From: a virus
Taxonomy: Duplodnaviria > Caudoviricetes
Virus record (IMG/VR): IMGVR_UViG_3300022666_000111
Length of the DNA stretch: 64,000 nt
Strand: one strand, 5' to 3'
Part shown: piece after piece, positions 9,798-19,136 of the stretch
Numbering within the stretch: the first letter of the stretch is position 1
Layout of the letters: every line of letters begins with the position of its first letter
Translations under genes and position numbers: made by a program
The notes under the pieces: model-generated
The model's database searches: none
Told to the model about the DNA's origin: nothing
Seen by the model: the letters and a program-made list of their open reading frames with translations, nothing else

Positions 9798-11354
9798 ATG
9801 AGCCCCGACCTCGAATTCCTACTACGATCCTTGACCCGTATGATCTACGTCGTGACGGACGAGGAAGATCAATTCATTCGAACCTTCCAGAAGAAACTCT
9901 CGAAGTTTGAGAAGCAGACCTGGGTTTACAATGCGGCGCTCGGCCTTGTTCCCATCGGGCAGCTCACCAAGGATTGGCAGAACCGCGCGCACCAAGAGAT
10001 CCCGGCGACGATGAGCATCCATGAGGCGCTCATCCAGATCTACAAGAATGACCCGCAAGACGGGCAGCATTTCTATATCATCACGGACCCCGAGCGGTGG
10101 CTTCGTGACGAACACGTGCAGCGCCGGATCTTGAACGTCGCGCATCAGCTTCACAACAACATCAAGGTCGTCAAGCTGATGATCTTCGTCGGCCCCCGCA
10201 AATACATCCCCGAGAAGCTCTCGCGGTACATCGAGGTCGTGAATGAGCGCGGGCTTACGCCGGAGGAGATCACCGAGCTTGCGACCGAGACGTGTACGCG
10301 CCTCAAGATCGACGTTCCCGAGGACGCGCCTCGGATCTTCCAAGGGCTCACGCACTATGAATGCATCTCGGCCATTGCGCAGAGCTACATCAAGACGCGC
10401 AAGACGACCCGCAAGGTCGATCCGGCATACATCGCGCAATTCAAGCGCAACCAGATCAAGAAGACGGACCTGCTCCAATTCGTCGACACGACAACGACCT
10501 TCGATGACGTTGGCGGCAACGATCGCTTCAAGGAATGGGCCTTGGAGACCAAGGCTGCCTGGACCGAGCAAGGTCGCGCCTACGGCTTGAAGCCCCCGAA
10601 GGGCGTACTAGCGGTCGGCGTATGGGGCTGCGGTAAGTCCCTCTCGGTCAAGGCTATGGGGTCGGCTTGGAACCTCCCGGTGGTCCAGCTTGAAATGGGG
10701 AAGCTACGCTCGAGCGGCGTCGGCGAATCCGAAGCCAACGTCTACCGGGCAACGCGGCTCATTGAAGCCATCGCGCCTTGCATCGTATGGGTTGACGAAG
10801 CTGAGAAGAGCTTGGCGGGTAACGCATCCTCGGGGCAGAGCGACGCGGGTACGACGTCACGCACGATCGGCATCTTGTCGACTTGGCTGCAAGAGACCAC
10901 GGCGCCGATCTGCATGGCGATGACGGCCAACAGCCTCACTACGATGCCGGTCGAATTCGTCAACCGCATGGACGAGCGCTTCTTCTTCGACATCCCGAGC
11001 GAAGAGGAACGCATGGCGATCCTCAAGATTCACCTCCGGAAGGCGGGGCAGAGTCCGGACAACTACGACCTTGCGACCTTGGCCGAGAAGTCCAACAACA
11101 TGGTCGGCCGTGAGATCGAGCAAGCCATCCAGGCGGCCATGATCAAGAGCTTCAACGCCAAGAAGCCGAGCCTTGACGAGGGCATCCTCATCGACGTGTT
11201 CGCCCACAAGCCTCGGATTCTCCGGACCATGGCGGACGAGATGAAGGCGATCACCGAATGGGTGGGATACGATCCCGACGCCCAGGAGGGTATCCGCGCC
11301 CGTCTCGCCTCCGGGTCACGCAGCGCCTCTTTCCGGGTGGTCAACGGGTCATGA
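9798..11354 (+). CDS. Ycf46-like AAA+ ATPase
   Basis: FDDVGG, PKGVLAVGVWGCGKS, GVGESE, WVDEAEK, TAN, RMDERFF; degenerate N-terminal AAA domain. Confidence 0.85.
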   Translation: MSPDLEFLLRSLTRMIYVVTDEEDQFIRTFQKKLSKFEKQTWVYNAALGLVPIGQLTKDWQNRAHQEIPATMSIHEALIQIYKNDPQDGQHFYIITDPERWLRDEHVQRRILNVAHQLHNNIKVVKLMIFVGPRKYIPEKLSRYIEVVNERGLTPEEITELATETCTRLKIDVPEDAPRIFQGLTHYECISAIAQSYIKTRKTTRKVDPAYIAQFKRNQIKKTDLLQFVDTTTTFDDVGGNDRFKEWALETKAAWTEQGRAYGLKPPKGVLAVGVWGCGKSLSVKAMGSAWNLPVVQLEMGKLRSSGVGESEANVYRATRLIEAIAPCIVWVDEAEKSLAGNASSGQSDAGTTSRTIGILSTWLQETTAPICMAMTANSLTTMPVEFVNRMDERFFFDIPSEEERMAILKIHLRKAGQSPDNYDLATLAEKSNNMVGREIEQAIQAAMIKSFNAKKPSLDEGILIDVFAHKPRILRTMADEMKAITEWVGYDPDAQEGIRARLASGSRSASFRVVNGS

Positions 11355-12517
11355 GTGACCTTCAAAAGGGACCCTCCCAGGAGCTTCTGCTTAACGCTCG
11401 GGTTCTCATCAACAATGACCCCGAGCTTCAGGAGCTATTTCAGACGGCCCTACGCGAGAGCAAGGATGCCGAATGGTTGGCAGACAACCTGGGCATCCGC
11501 CTCTCGGCTCGATGGGGCGGGCATGACTTCGACGCGGCTATGGCGGTCGCGTCGAGCCTCACGGCGGAATTCTTCGCCCACCCCGACCGTGGGATCTCCA
11601 TCGTCAACACCTCCACGGGGGCTGTCGTTGGCACCTACAGCCCGGAGGACGTCTACACTCCGGCTCCGGTCCCCCGGGAGTCCGGGGGCTTGGCGCAGCC
11701 GCTACCACGCCTCCGCCCGGAGATTGAGGCTGCCCTTGTTGTCAACACGCACAACGCCGCCCGTGAGGAGCAGACAATTGCGGCCGTCCTGGCTAAGACG
11801 CCCTCTACAGCGCTTCAGCAGGCAGAGGGTGACCGAAGGCTTCAGGTGCTCACCAAGGGCGGCCGTGAGCGCCTCCTCGCCGAGATACCGGGCATGATCC
11901 AGGACCGCCTGTTCAACAAGACCGCCAGGGCGGCTATGCGCGACGAGAACCTCTCCGCATTCGAGATGTTGGCCCGCGTGGTCAAGACAGAACCCAAAGA
12001 GCCTGGAACCACCCACCTCGTGGAATCCAGGGTGGTTGTACCCATCCAAGACTTGCAAACGACCAATCTCCACTACAGCGCTCACGAAAGGATCGTCTCG
12101 GCGGTTCTTGGGGATTGGGCGAGATTTCTTGGGGTGCTCTACGTAGAGCGCGCGCAATCCGATCGAGTCTTTGAGGGGATGCCTGATCCCGAGGAGACGA
12201 CGTTGGAAGAGCTGGCGGCGCTTCCGTGCCTTTGCTGGATTGCCCCTCAAGATGTCGCGGTTCGGTTTCAAGCCATGGTTCGTCCCCGGCGCGTCATTGC
12301 CACGCCTCTTTGGGGTCCCTTGGTGGATGTCATGGCGCGGTCCGTTACGGCCATACCGCAGATCGAATCCATGGACATCAAGAGCATCGAGTACAATGAC
12401 CGCTGGGCGATCGTCGTCACCACATCGCTCAAGCTATGGTGGGAACACCCCAATCACTTCACGGCTCGCCACGTTGCGCAGCCGCCCGCCGAAGGACGCG
12501 CTGAAGTTCTGCGCTGA
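11351..12517 (+). CDS. Hypothetical protein, possible remote major-capsid-like paralog
   Basis: Long ORF; weak resemblance only (see findings). Confidence 0.55.
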   Translation: MSDLQKGPSQELLLNARVLINNDPELQELFQTALRESKDAEWLADNLGIRLSARWGGHDFDAAMAVASSLTAEFFAHPDRGISIVNTSTGAVVGTYSPEDVYTPAPVPRESGGLAQPLPRLRPEIEAALVVNTHNAAREEQTIAAVLAKTPSTALQQAEGDRRLQVLTKGGRERLLAEIPGMIQDRLFNKTARAAMRDENLSAFEMLARVVKTEPKEPGTTHLVESRVVVPIQDLQTTNLHYSAHERIVSAVLGDWARFLGVLYVERAQSDRVFEGMPDPEETTLEELAALPCLCWIAPQDVAVRFQAMVRPRRVIATPLWGPLVDVMARSVTAIPQIESMDIKSIEYNDRWAIVVTTSLKLWWEHPNHFTARHVAQPPAEGRAEVLR

Positions 12518-12543
12518 GAATGCGTTTATGCCTGGCAACAGGT

Positions 12544-12903
12544 ATGAGCATCTCTGACGTAACCACAACAGGTCTACAAGGGGCGCTAGCCACGATCACG
12601 GGGACGGGATTTGGAGCCTCGCGGGGCTCCTCCATGCTGCTCTTCTATCCGGGGGCGCTTAAGGCGGTAGTGCCTATCCTGCCGTTGACGTGGAGCGATA
12701 CCGTCATCACGGCCAACATCCCCACCAATGCGACCATCACGACCGAGGCATACTTTGCGGTTCAGCTTGCGGACGGTAGCGCCGGGTCGCGATCGGAGAG
12801 CTTCGCTATCACGCAAGGCGCGGTAGCGGCCATCACGGTCTACGATACAGGCACACTGGTTACGGCTAAGCCCGGGTCCACCGGCGAAGAAGTGGAGATG
12901 TAG
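12544..12903 (+). CDS. IPT/TIG (Ig-like) domain protein
   Basis: TITGTGFGASRG...WSDTVITANIP pattern. Confidence 0.6.
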   Translation: MSISDVTTTGLQGALATITGTGFGASRGSSMLLFYPGALKAVVPILPLTWSDTVITANIPTNATITTEAYFAVQLADGSAGSRSESFAITQGAVAAITVYDTGTLVTAKPGSTGEEVEM

Positions 12904-12904
12904 T

Positions 12905-13114
12905 ATGGCAACAGTCGTTCTACCTATCAAGGCAGGCTGGAAGACCCCAATCGGAACCATCCAAGGCGGCTCCGGACCTTACTTGACCTCTTGGGAGCAA
13001 ACAGACGACCACCCTCTGGTTCTTTCGGTTTTGGCAAGTGCCATCCGCCCTTCTGGTGTACTGACTCAACGGTACATACAGCGCGTGCTAGGTAGCGCGA
13101 CGAGGGAAGAGTGA
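12905..13114 (+). CDS. Hypothetical protein
   Basis: Tandem ORF. Confidence 0.4.
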   Translation: MATVVLPIKAGWKTPIGTIQGGSGPYLTSWEQTDDHPLVLSVLASAIRPSGVLTQRYIQRVLGSATREE

Positions 13115-13350
13115 TGGGATACTGGTCTATTGCGTGTCACGCAAGTCGTGAAGTGTACGTCAAGGAGGCGGACGTGGTCTTGGGTCCTGGTGACAACGTG
13201 TTCACGGTTGTCACCCCCAACCTTGATCGACTCATTGATTGGCTTGAAGCGCAAGGGGCGACCGTGCGCTGCATGCATTGTCTTGACACACATGAGGCCC
13301 TACATGAACCCGTCCAACTTCAAGCAGCAAGTCAAGACCTCCCTTCTTGA
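13114..13350 (+). CDS. Hypothetical protein
   Basis: Coupled ORF. Confidence 0.45.
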   Translation: MGYWSIACHASREVYVKEADVVLGPGDNVFTVVTPNLDRLIDWLEAQGATVRCMHCLDTHEALHEPVQLQAASQDLPS

Positions 13351-13528
13351 ATCCAGGATGCGCCGGGTGGGGCCGATCATGGTTGGACCCATCTCCGTAG
13401 AATTCCACCTTCGACTCTCCGTAGCCGAAGAGGTCCTCGAGGAGCTTGTTGACGACAAGGTCCTCCGCCGCGCAACGCCCGCCGAAAAACGCCAGTACGA
13501 TATCCAGGGTGGTTACTTCCTGGTGTAG
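13304..13528 (+). CDS. Small winged-helix-like hypothetical protein
   Basis: VAEEVLEELVDDKVLRR; stop lies within GGTGTAG. Confidence 0.45.
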   Translation: MNPSNFKQQVKTSLLESRMRRVGPIMVGPISVEFHLRLSVAEEVLEELVDDKVLRRATPAEKRQYDIQGGYFLV

Positions 13529-13537
13529 TACCTGCCC

Positions 13538-13837
13538 GTGGGAATCCGGGCAGAAAAACAGCGCTACGTCAGCATCATCCAGCTACACGCGAAGTCCAAG
13601 GGTTTCAAGCCCGAAGAGGTCGCGCGCCTTGTAGCGATGGTTCGGTCTTGCAAGACCGATGAGGCGCTTGCGCAAGTCAAGACGGCCATCTGGGACGTCC
13701 TTGGGGATAAGCCCCCAGACACGGCCACGCGCCTTCTGGTTGAGGACCTATTCGAGCGTGCGGAAGAGCCCGAGGATCCCCCAGCCTTGCGGGAGGCCCT
13801 TGCCCGCTCCCAAGTCAACCTCAAGGACTATCGATGA
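13538..13837 (+). CDS. Hypothetical protein
   Basis: GTG start 9 nt after GGTGTAG (13522-13528). Confidence 0.6.
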   Translation: MGIRAEKQRYVSIIQLHAKSKGFKPEEVARLVAMVRSCKTDEALAQVKTAIWDVLGDKPPDTATRLLVEDLFERAEEPEDPPALREALARSQVNLKDYR

Positions 13838-14385
13838 CCAAGACGATTCTCATCGACGCGGATGGCGTCCTATTCGACTTCATCACACCCTTCCTCGCCC
13901 TGGGTAACCGGATCGCCGGGACCCAGATCACCCGGGAGGACATCACTACGTGGGACATCCACCCACACTTCCCCGAAGCCCACCGGGAGGAGATTCTCGG
14001 GATCATGGGCTCGGAGGGGTGGTGTTACGACCTGCCGGTCCTTCCGGGGGCGGTGGAGGCATTGGCAGCGCTCCGGGAGATGGGGAGGGTCTATTGCGTC
14101 ACGTCCCCTTGGTCGTCACGCACGTGGGCGTATGAGCGAACGCTTGCCCTCAAGGACAAGCTGGGCTTCGACCCCCATGACGTCCTACACGTCTCCGCCA
14201 AGCACCTCGTTAAAGGAGACGTGCTTATCGACGACAAGTACTCCACGTTGGAGGCTTGGAAGGACGCCTTCCCCAACGGCACAGCCATCTTGATCCACAT
14301 GCCGTACAACGCGTCGATCCCCTACAACCCCCACATCTGGCGGGCGAAGAATTGGGACGACGTCCTAGCCCTATCAAGGATCTGA
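13834..14385 (+). CDS. HAD-family 5'(3')-deoxyribonucleotidase
   Basis: LIDADGVLFDF, PGAVEAL, VTSP, GDVLIDD, MPYN. Confidence 0.9.
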   Translation: MTKTILIDADGVLFDFITPFLALGNRIAGTQITREDITTWDIHPHFPEAHREEILGIMGSEGWCYDLPVLPGAVEALAALREMGRVYCVTSPWSSRTWAYERTLALKDKLGFDPHDVLHVSAKHLVKGDVLIDDKYSTLEAWKDAFPNGTAILIHMPYNASIPYNPHIWRAKNWDDVLALSRI

Positions 14386-14386
14386 G

Positions 14387-15121
14387 ATGATTTCACCGTG
14401 GCAGGAAGCGACACTTGAAGACCGTAAGGCCGACTTGGAAGCCACTATTCAATCGCTTCGCAAGTACACCGGCACCATCGCGGCACAAACCTTGGCAGTA
14501 CGCGAGAGGGAACTCGCGGAAATCAACCGGAGAATACAGATGAACAGCAGCAAAGTCGTAGCGCACGAGCCCCCGGCCGCAATCACCCCCGTGACGACGA
14601 TCAAGTACCTCAAGGATCCGGCCCGGCACCTTGTTGAGAGCGGGTTGCTTCAAGAGATCAACCGGACCCTCATGCACCCCCTGGGGCTCGCCCTCGCGGT
14701 GGAGTGGCCGGAGACGCCGGAGGAGGAGGCGCTTGCGGCCAAGTCCGAAAGCGCGGGGATCAGGATCTGGGACAATCAAAACGACCCCGAAGGGATCATC
14801 TACGATGACTCCTGCCTGACGGAAGAGCGTCGCGAGCGGTTCTGTAAGACGGTCGAAGCTGCCCTTCCCCTCTTGCAGACACGGCTCAAGATCCTTGGGT
14901 ACGTCGTCCAGGGGTCAACGATCGAGGACGAAGCCAAACGCGCCTACAAGGCGTATGGCGCCAGCACGGGCGGTAAGAACTTCCGGGGCGATCCTATGCC
15001 CAAGTGGGATGAGCTGCCTGGGGCTATCCGTGAGGCGTGGCGTCACACCGTAGGGACCATTCTAGGGCTGGCTGGGGCCGGACGTCCAACCGTTCCAGAC
15101 CCGGTCGGATGGGAGCCGTGA
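14387..15121 (+). CDS. Hypothetical (composite) protein
   Basis: GLLQEINRTLMHPLGLALAV and AYKAY...MPKWDELP segments. Confidence 0.6.
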   Translation: MISPWQEATLEDRKADLEATIQSLRKYTGTIAAQTLAVRERELAEINRRIQMNSSKVVAHEPPAAITPVTTIKYLKDPARHLVESGLLQEINRTLMHPLGLALAVEWPETPEEEALAAKSESAGIRIWDNQNDPEGIIYDDSCLTEERRERFCKTVEAALPLLQTRLKILGYVVQGSTIEDEAKRAYKAYGASTGGKNFRGDPMPKWDELPGAIREAWRHTVGTILGLAGAGRPTVPDPVGWEP

Positions 15122-15122
15122 T

Positions 15123-15392
15123 ATGCGCAAGCTCTACCGATACTTCAGCGATTGTGGGCGTATGGGCAACATCGAGGGGCTCTTCGTCGCCGAAGAGGAT
15201 GAGGTCAAGGCTGCCATCGGTAAGCACGTCTACTTCGGGGAGATCCTTGGTAAGCATTCCGAGATCTGCGGCGACATTGATGCCGATGAGATTGTCGCCT
15301 TGACGGACGACCAGGATTTCATCGACAAGGCCATCGCCTGCAATGTCGTGCCGACAGGCTACAACCCCTTGAAATACTTGGGGACGGGATGA
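15123..15392 (+). CDS. Conserved phage hypothetical protein
   Basis: DCGRMG.IEGLF...YFGEILGKHSE pattern. Confidence 0.65.
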   Translation: MRKLYRYFSDCGRMGNIEGLFVAEEDEVKAAIGKHVYFGEILGKHSEICGDIDADEIVALTDDQDFIDKAIACNVVPTGYNPLKYLGTG

Positions 15393-15724
15393 CACGCTGC
15401 CAAACCCTCACCGAGTACTTCCAAGCCGTCGTCGATCGACACACCCACCGAGATAAGCTCGTCGCCTATTCCGAAGGGAGAAGCATCGGGTTCACGGATA
15501 CGACGACGGACGAGACCATCACGGTGTCCTTGGGCGCCATCAAGGCGTACTACCACGTTCGCTTGTTCGAAGATCCTGCGGCGACCGGCCTCCTATTCAG
15601 GAAGGATCTTGAGCTTGCCTACAGCGGCGTCATGCCGGACCCCGTGGCACCTCCCACCAAATGGACCCGCGAGGAGCTTCCGCTCCCAGGCGGGAACACT
15701 GCTGTAGGCTTCACTCGCACATAG
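15389..15724 (+). CDS. Hypothetical protein
   Basis: ATGA coupling. Confidence 0.5.
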   Translation: MTRCQTLTEYFQAVVDRHTHRDKLVAYSEGRSIGFTDTTTDETITVSLGAIKAYYHVRLFEDPAATGLLFRKDLELAYSGVMPDPVAPPTKWTREELPLPGGNTAVGFTRT

Positions 15725-15731
15725 GAGTCTC

Positions 15732-15968
15732 ATGCCCTACAAGAAATCCATCTGGGCGGGTCTTGGTAATACGGCCCTCGACGCCGTTGTAGACCACCCT
15801 GTGATCACAATCTTGACCATTCTCGCGGTCATCGTGGCTATCTGCGCGGTGCTCATACACGCCCAAAACCTCGAAGTCATGGAGTGCTCCAAGATGTCCT
15901 GCCCGAAGGACATGGAGCCTCGGATGATTCGCTACAGCGGGTGCCTTTGCGTCACCCCGGCAAAGTGA
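15732..15968 (+). CDS. Small membrane protein with Cys-rich tail
   Basis: One TM helix; SD AGGAG. Confidence 0.55.
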   Translation: MPYKKSIWAGLGNTALDAVVDHPVITILTILAVIVAICAVLIHAQNLEVMECSKMSCPKDMEPRMIRYSGCLCVTPAK

Positions 15969-15974
15969 GGAACG

Positions 15975-17183
15975 ATGCATCAATATCAAGAGCTAGTCCG
16001 GCACATTCTCACGAATGGTGTCCGGAAGGAAAACCGTACCGGGGTCGACACGATTTCGACCTTTGGGTACTACTACGAGCTTGACCTTGAGGAGGGCTTC
16101 CCGATCCTCACGACGAAGAAGATCGCGTGGAAGAACATCGTGATCGAGCTGCTTTGGTTCCTTTCAGGGTCCAACCGGAGCGGCTTCCTTGATCGTCACG
16201 GGTGTGGGTTTTGGAAGCCATGGTACAACCAGCCGACTCAAGCGGACCTCTTCTCGGGCAGTACGGATGTGACTGTCAACGCCGCCTACGGCCCGGCATG
16301 GCGGCGCTTTGAGTACCCCAGCTACCATGAGAGCGAGACGGGCTTGACCGACGACGGCCCTTGCACGGGCTACAATGACCAAGTCTCCTGGGTCTTGCGC
16401 AAGCTCAAGGAGCGACCGATGAGCCGAGACCTTGTGGTCTCCGCCTGGCAGCCCCATATCGCCCAGAACCCCCCGAACCCCAAAGCGTACCTCGCGCCTT
16501 GTCACTGCATGTGGATTCTCAACGTTCAGAACGAAGAGGTCTTTGAGCGGCGGTACCACGTTCATGCGCTACAGGACGGCGTGGTCACGCATTTGGGGAC
16601 CATCAGGGCGATGTCCGAGCAAGAGGCTACGAATAAGGCCCGAGCAGACTACCCCAATGCGCTTGACATGGTGGTGGACGTGGACGCCCAGTACAACTTC
16701 GAACTCGCCGTCGCCAAGGGCAAGCGGTGGAACCCCAAGGGGTCGCCTCACGGGTGGCTGGGAGAGCCCATGACGCCAGATGCCATGAGGCAGCGCCTTT
16801 GCCTACACATGACCCAGAGGTCGTGTGATGTAGCCCTCGGGGTCCCGTACAACATCGCCTCCTACGCTCTTCTCTTGAGCCTCTTCGCCCGGTTCGCTGG
16901 GATGCCGCCTGGGATCTTCGGGCACACGCTCATTGACGCGCACATCTACACGTCCAAGCCGGACGGTACTCAAGCCGAGTATGACCACATCCCGGTGCTC
17001 TTGGAGCAACTTGATCGTAAGCCGAAGGCGCTCCCCAAGCTCCGCATCGCCGACGACATCCGGAGCCTCGAGGACGTTGAGCGCCTCTTGGATCCCAAGT
17101 ACAGCACGGCGGAGATCATGAGCAAGTTCGTCCTCGAGGGCTACGATCCTGACCCGGCCCTTTCCTTCAAGGTGGCCGTGTGA
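15975..17183 (+). CDS. thyA: Thymidylate synthase ThyA with internal insertion
   Basis: NRTG, FPILTTKK, ELLWFL, LAPCH, QRSCD..LGVPYNIASY, DAHIY. Confidence 0.95.
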   Translation: MHQYQELVRHILTNGVRKENRTGVDTISTFGYYYELDLEEGFPILTTKKIAWKNIVIELLWFLSGSNRSGFLDRHGCGFWKPWYNQPTQADLFSGSTDVTVNAAYGPAWRRFEYPSYHESETGLTDDGPCTGYNDQVSWVLRKLKERPMSRDLVVSAWQPHIAQNPPNPKAYLAPCHCMWILNVQNEEVFERRYHVHALQDGVVTHLGTIRAMSEQEATNKARADYPNALDMVVDVDAQYNFELAVAKGKRWNPKGSPHGWLGEPMTPDAMRQRLCLHMTQRSCDVALGVPYNIASYALLLSLFARFAGMPPGIFGHTLIDAHIYTSKPDGTQAEYDHIPVLLEQLDRKPKALPKLRIADDIRSLEDVERLLDPKYSTAEIMSKFVLEGYDPDPALSFKVAV

Positions 17184-17407
17184 TGGGCTGGCTCAAGCGC
17201 AACCTACCGACATGCCTTGTAGTGGCTGCAATCGCGATCGTCTACTTGGGCGTCGTCAATTGTGACTCACAGCCTACACCTCACTGCAATCAGGTCCGGT
17301 GTGTGCCGGTCACGACAATCATGCTCATTGGCAAGACCTTCATCCCGGTCACGACCCAAAGCTGCACCTGCGTTTCATTTGCGGCGGCTTCAAGCAGCGC
17401 ACCCTAG
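17180..17407 (+). CDS. Small exported/membrane protein
   Basis: N-terminal hydrophobic segment, Cys-rich. Confidence 0.45.
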   Translation: MMGWLKRNLPTCLVVAAIAIVYLGVVNCDSQPTPHCNQVRCVPVTTIMLIGKTFIPVTTQSCTCVSFAAASSSAP

Positions 17408-17424
17408 CGGTGTAGTCTGGGGGC

Positions 17425-17643
17425 ATGCCGAAAACCAACCGACCTGTTCGGGAGCTTATGCTCCTCACCCTTAAACTTCACGAAGAGATCGATCTCGGTA
17501 TGGGCGACGAGGCTCAAGCCGATGCGATCCGTGACGACATGGATGACCTCTGGAAGCTGATCCCAAAGGATGCCAAGGACGCCATTTCCAATATGAGCGG
17601 CGCCCTCAATGATGAGCGTAAGCGTCTTGGGGGTAAAGGTTGA
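17425..17643 (+). CDS. Hypothetical protein
   Basis: ATG 9 nt after GGTGTAG (17409-17415). Confidence 0.6.
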   Translation: MPKTNRPVRELMLLTLKLHEEIDLGMGDEAQADAIRDDMDDLWKLIPKDAKDAISNMSGALNDERKRLGGKG

Positions 17644-17650
17644 GGTTAAC

Positions 17651-17857
17651 ATGGCAGATCCAGTACAAGTAACGCGGGGCGCCTTCACGTACAGCATCGA
17701 GGGGGAGCTGGTGACGTGTACACTGGGGGATCCGAAGGACCCTGAGAGCGAGCACGTCTTCGCCCTTGATCATAGCTACCTGCCCGAGGTCATCGCGGGG
17801 CTACAGGCGATTGTTCGAAGCAAGAAGAGACAAGCCCGGAGGGGTAAAGATGGCTGA
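17651..17857 (+). CDS. Hypothetical protein
   Basis: SD GAGGT. Confidence 0.5.
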   Translation: MADPVQVTRGAFTYSIEGELVTCTLGDPKDPESEHVFALDHSYLPEVIAGLQAIVRSKKRQARRGKDG

Positions 17858-18086
17858 ACCGATCCAGATTCACTACTTGACGACCGGCACGTTCTCTTGG
17901 GAGCTTCACCTGGACAATGAAGAGGAGACGACCATCGCCAGTGTCTGCGGGGGGCCGCTGCCTCGACGAGGGGACCATGTCAGCCATGAGGACTTCGACA
18001 AGCCTCTCAAGGTGACGCGCGTCGTTTGGGATATTCGACGCGGATACGGACTACAAGCCGACGTCTACGTGGATCCGTTGGTGTAG
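17850..18086 (+). CDS. Hypothetical protein
   Basis: SD GGAGG; stop within GGTGTAG. Confidence 0.55.
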   Translation: MAEPIQIHYLTTGTFSWELHLDNEEETTIASVCGGPLPRRGDHVSHEDFDKPLKVTRVVWDIRRGYGLQADVYVDPLV

Positions 18087-18105
18087 CAGGACGCAAGGAG
18101 ACCCC

Positions 18106-18864
18106 ATGAATTCAGATGAGACCCGTGATCAGAAGATCGCCGAAGAAGCCGATGCCGCCGTCAAGGACGTCCTAGCTAACCTCTCCCCCGAAGAGCGTGA
18201 GGCGCTTGCTGCGTCCATGGCGAACCCTGTGCGTGGCCCCAGGGACCCTCTGGCCGAGATGGAGGCTAAGTTCGCGGCGGAGCCGGGGTATGCGGACCTC
18301 TCCTACGAAGAGAAGAAGGAATTTCTCAAGGAGAAGATCCGAACCATGCCTAAGCCGGATCGGAAGGCTCTGGTCAAGGCTATGGCGAAGCGTATGCGCC
18401 CGCGTGGCCCTGCGCCCGTCAAGCAGCCTCCGATGCCCAAGCCCAACGACCCCTGCCCATGCGGGGCCGAGAATGACGACGGTAAGCCTATCAAGTTCAA
18501 GAAGTGTTGTGGGTCCAACCGGGGAGACCTGGTGTACTTCGTGGCCCGGGGTGAAGAGGCCCTGATGAACGACTTGGGGCAAGTCCTGATCTTCGAATCG
18601 CCGACCCACGCTGTGGCAGGGGCAAGGCACTACGGGTGGACAGACGGGGACGTTATCCCGCTCCCTCCGGCACGCTTTGAGAAGTTCAAGGGGCAGATCC
18701 CCTACGTCCACGTGGTGACCAAGGAGTTTGACGTCGCCAAGACGGAGGACGAGGAGAAGGCTGAGCCCCCGGCCATCGCCATCACGTCCGTTGCTCAAAT
18801 CATGTCCGATGCAATCGCCAAGGAGACCTCGGATGAAGAGCAAGGCTCTACAGCAAGCCCTTGA
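18106..18864 (+). CDS. SEC-C motif protein
   Basis: PNDPCPCG...KFKKCC; SD AAGGAG. Confidence 0.75.
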   Translation: MNSDETRDQKIAEEADAAVKDVLANLSPEEREALAASMANPVRGPRDPLAEMEAKFAAEPGYADLSYEEKKEFLKEKIRTMPKPDRKALVKAMAKRMRPRGPAPVKQPPMPKPNDPCPCGAENDDGKPIKFKKCCGSNRGDLVYFVARGEEALMNDLGQVLIFESPTHAVAGARHYGWTDGDVIPLPPARFEKFKGQIPYVHVVTKEFDVAKTEDEEKAEPPAIAITSVAQIMSDAIAKETSDEEQGSTASP

Positions 18865-19135
18865 GGTTGCCAAGCAAGAGGTGAAGCCCTTGGGGGAGTC
18901 CTTGCGACGCGTCCACCGTCGCAAGGTCGAGATGGCGAAGGCTCAGAAGTACGACGGGAGGCAGACGGCGTACGCCGAGATCAACCAGATTGACTTCCGA
19001 GAGGCGTGGCGTCGTGCCGTCGAGGTTGACGCAGGGATTCCAGACGATCCCCCAACGGACCTCCCGGATGAAGCCAAACGGGCGATCATCACGCTTGCCA
19101 GGTCCCTAGCCGTATTGGAAAAGGAATGGTGCTGA
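18833..19135 (+). CDS. Hypothetical protein
   Basis: SD AAGGAG. Confidence 0.5.
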   Translation: MKSKALQQALEVAKQEVKPLGESLRRVHRRKVEMAKAQKYDGRQTAYAEINQIDFREAWRRAVEVDAGIPDDPPTDLPDEAKRAIITLARSLAVLEKEWC

Positions 19136-19136
19136 C

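Noticed and set aside
16530-16790. Intein in ThyA
   Set aside because: No N-terminal Cys/Ser, no His-Asn followed by Cys/Ser/Thr, and too short.
15975-17183. ThyA homolog as a dCMP hydroxymethylase (modified-base genome)
   Set aside because: It retains the dUMP-specifying Asn in GVPYNIASY, a DHFR gene is nearby, and no base-modification cluster was seen.
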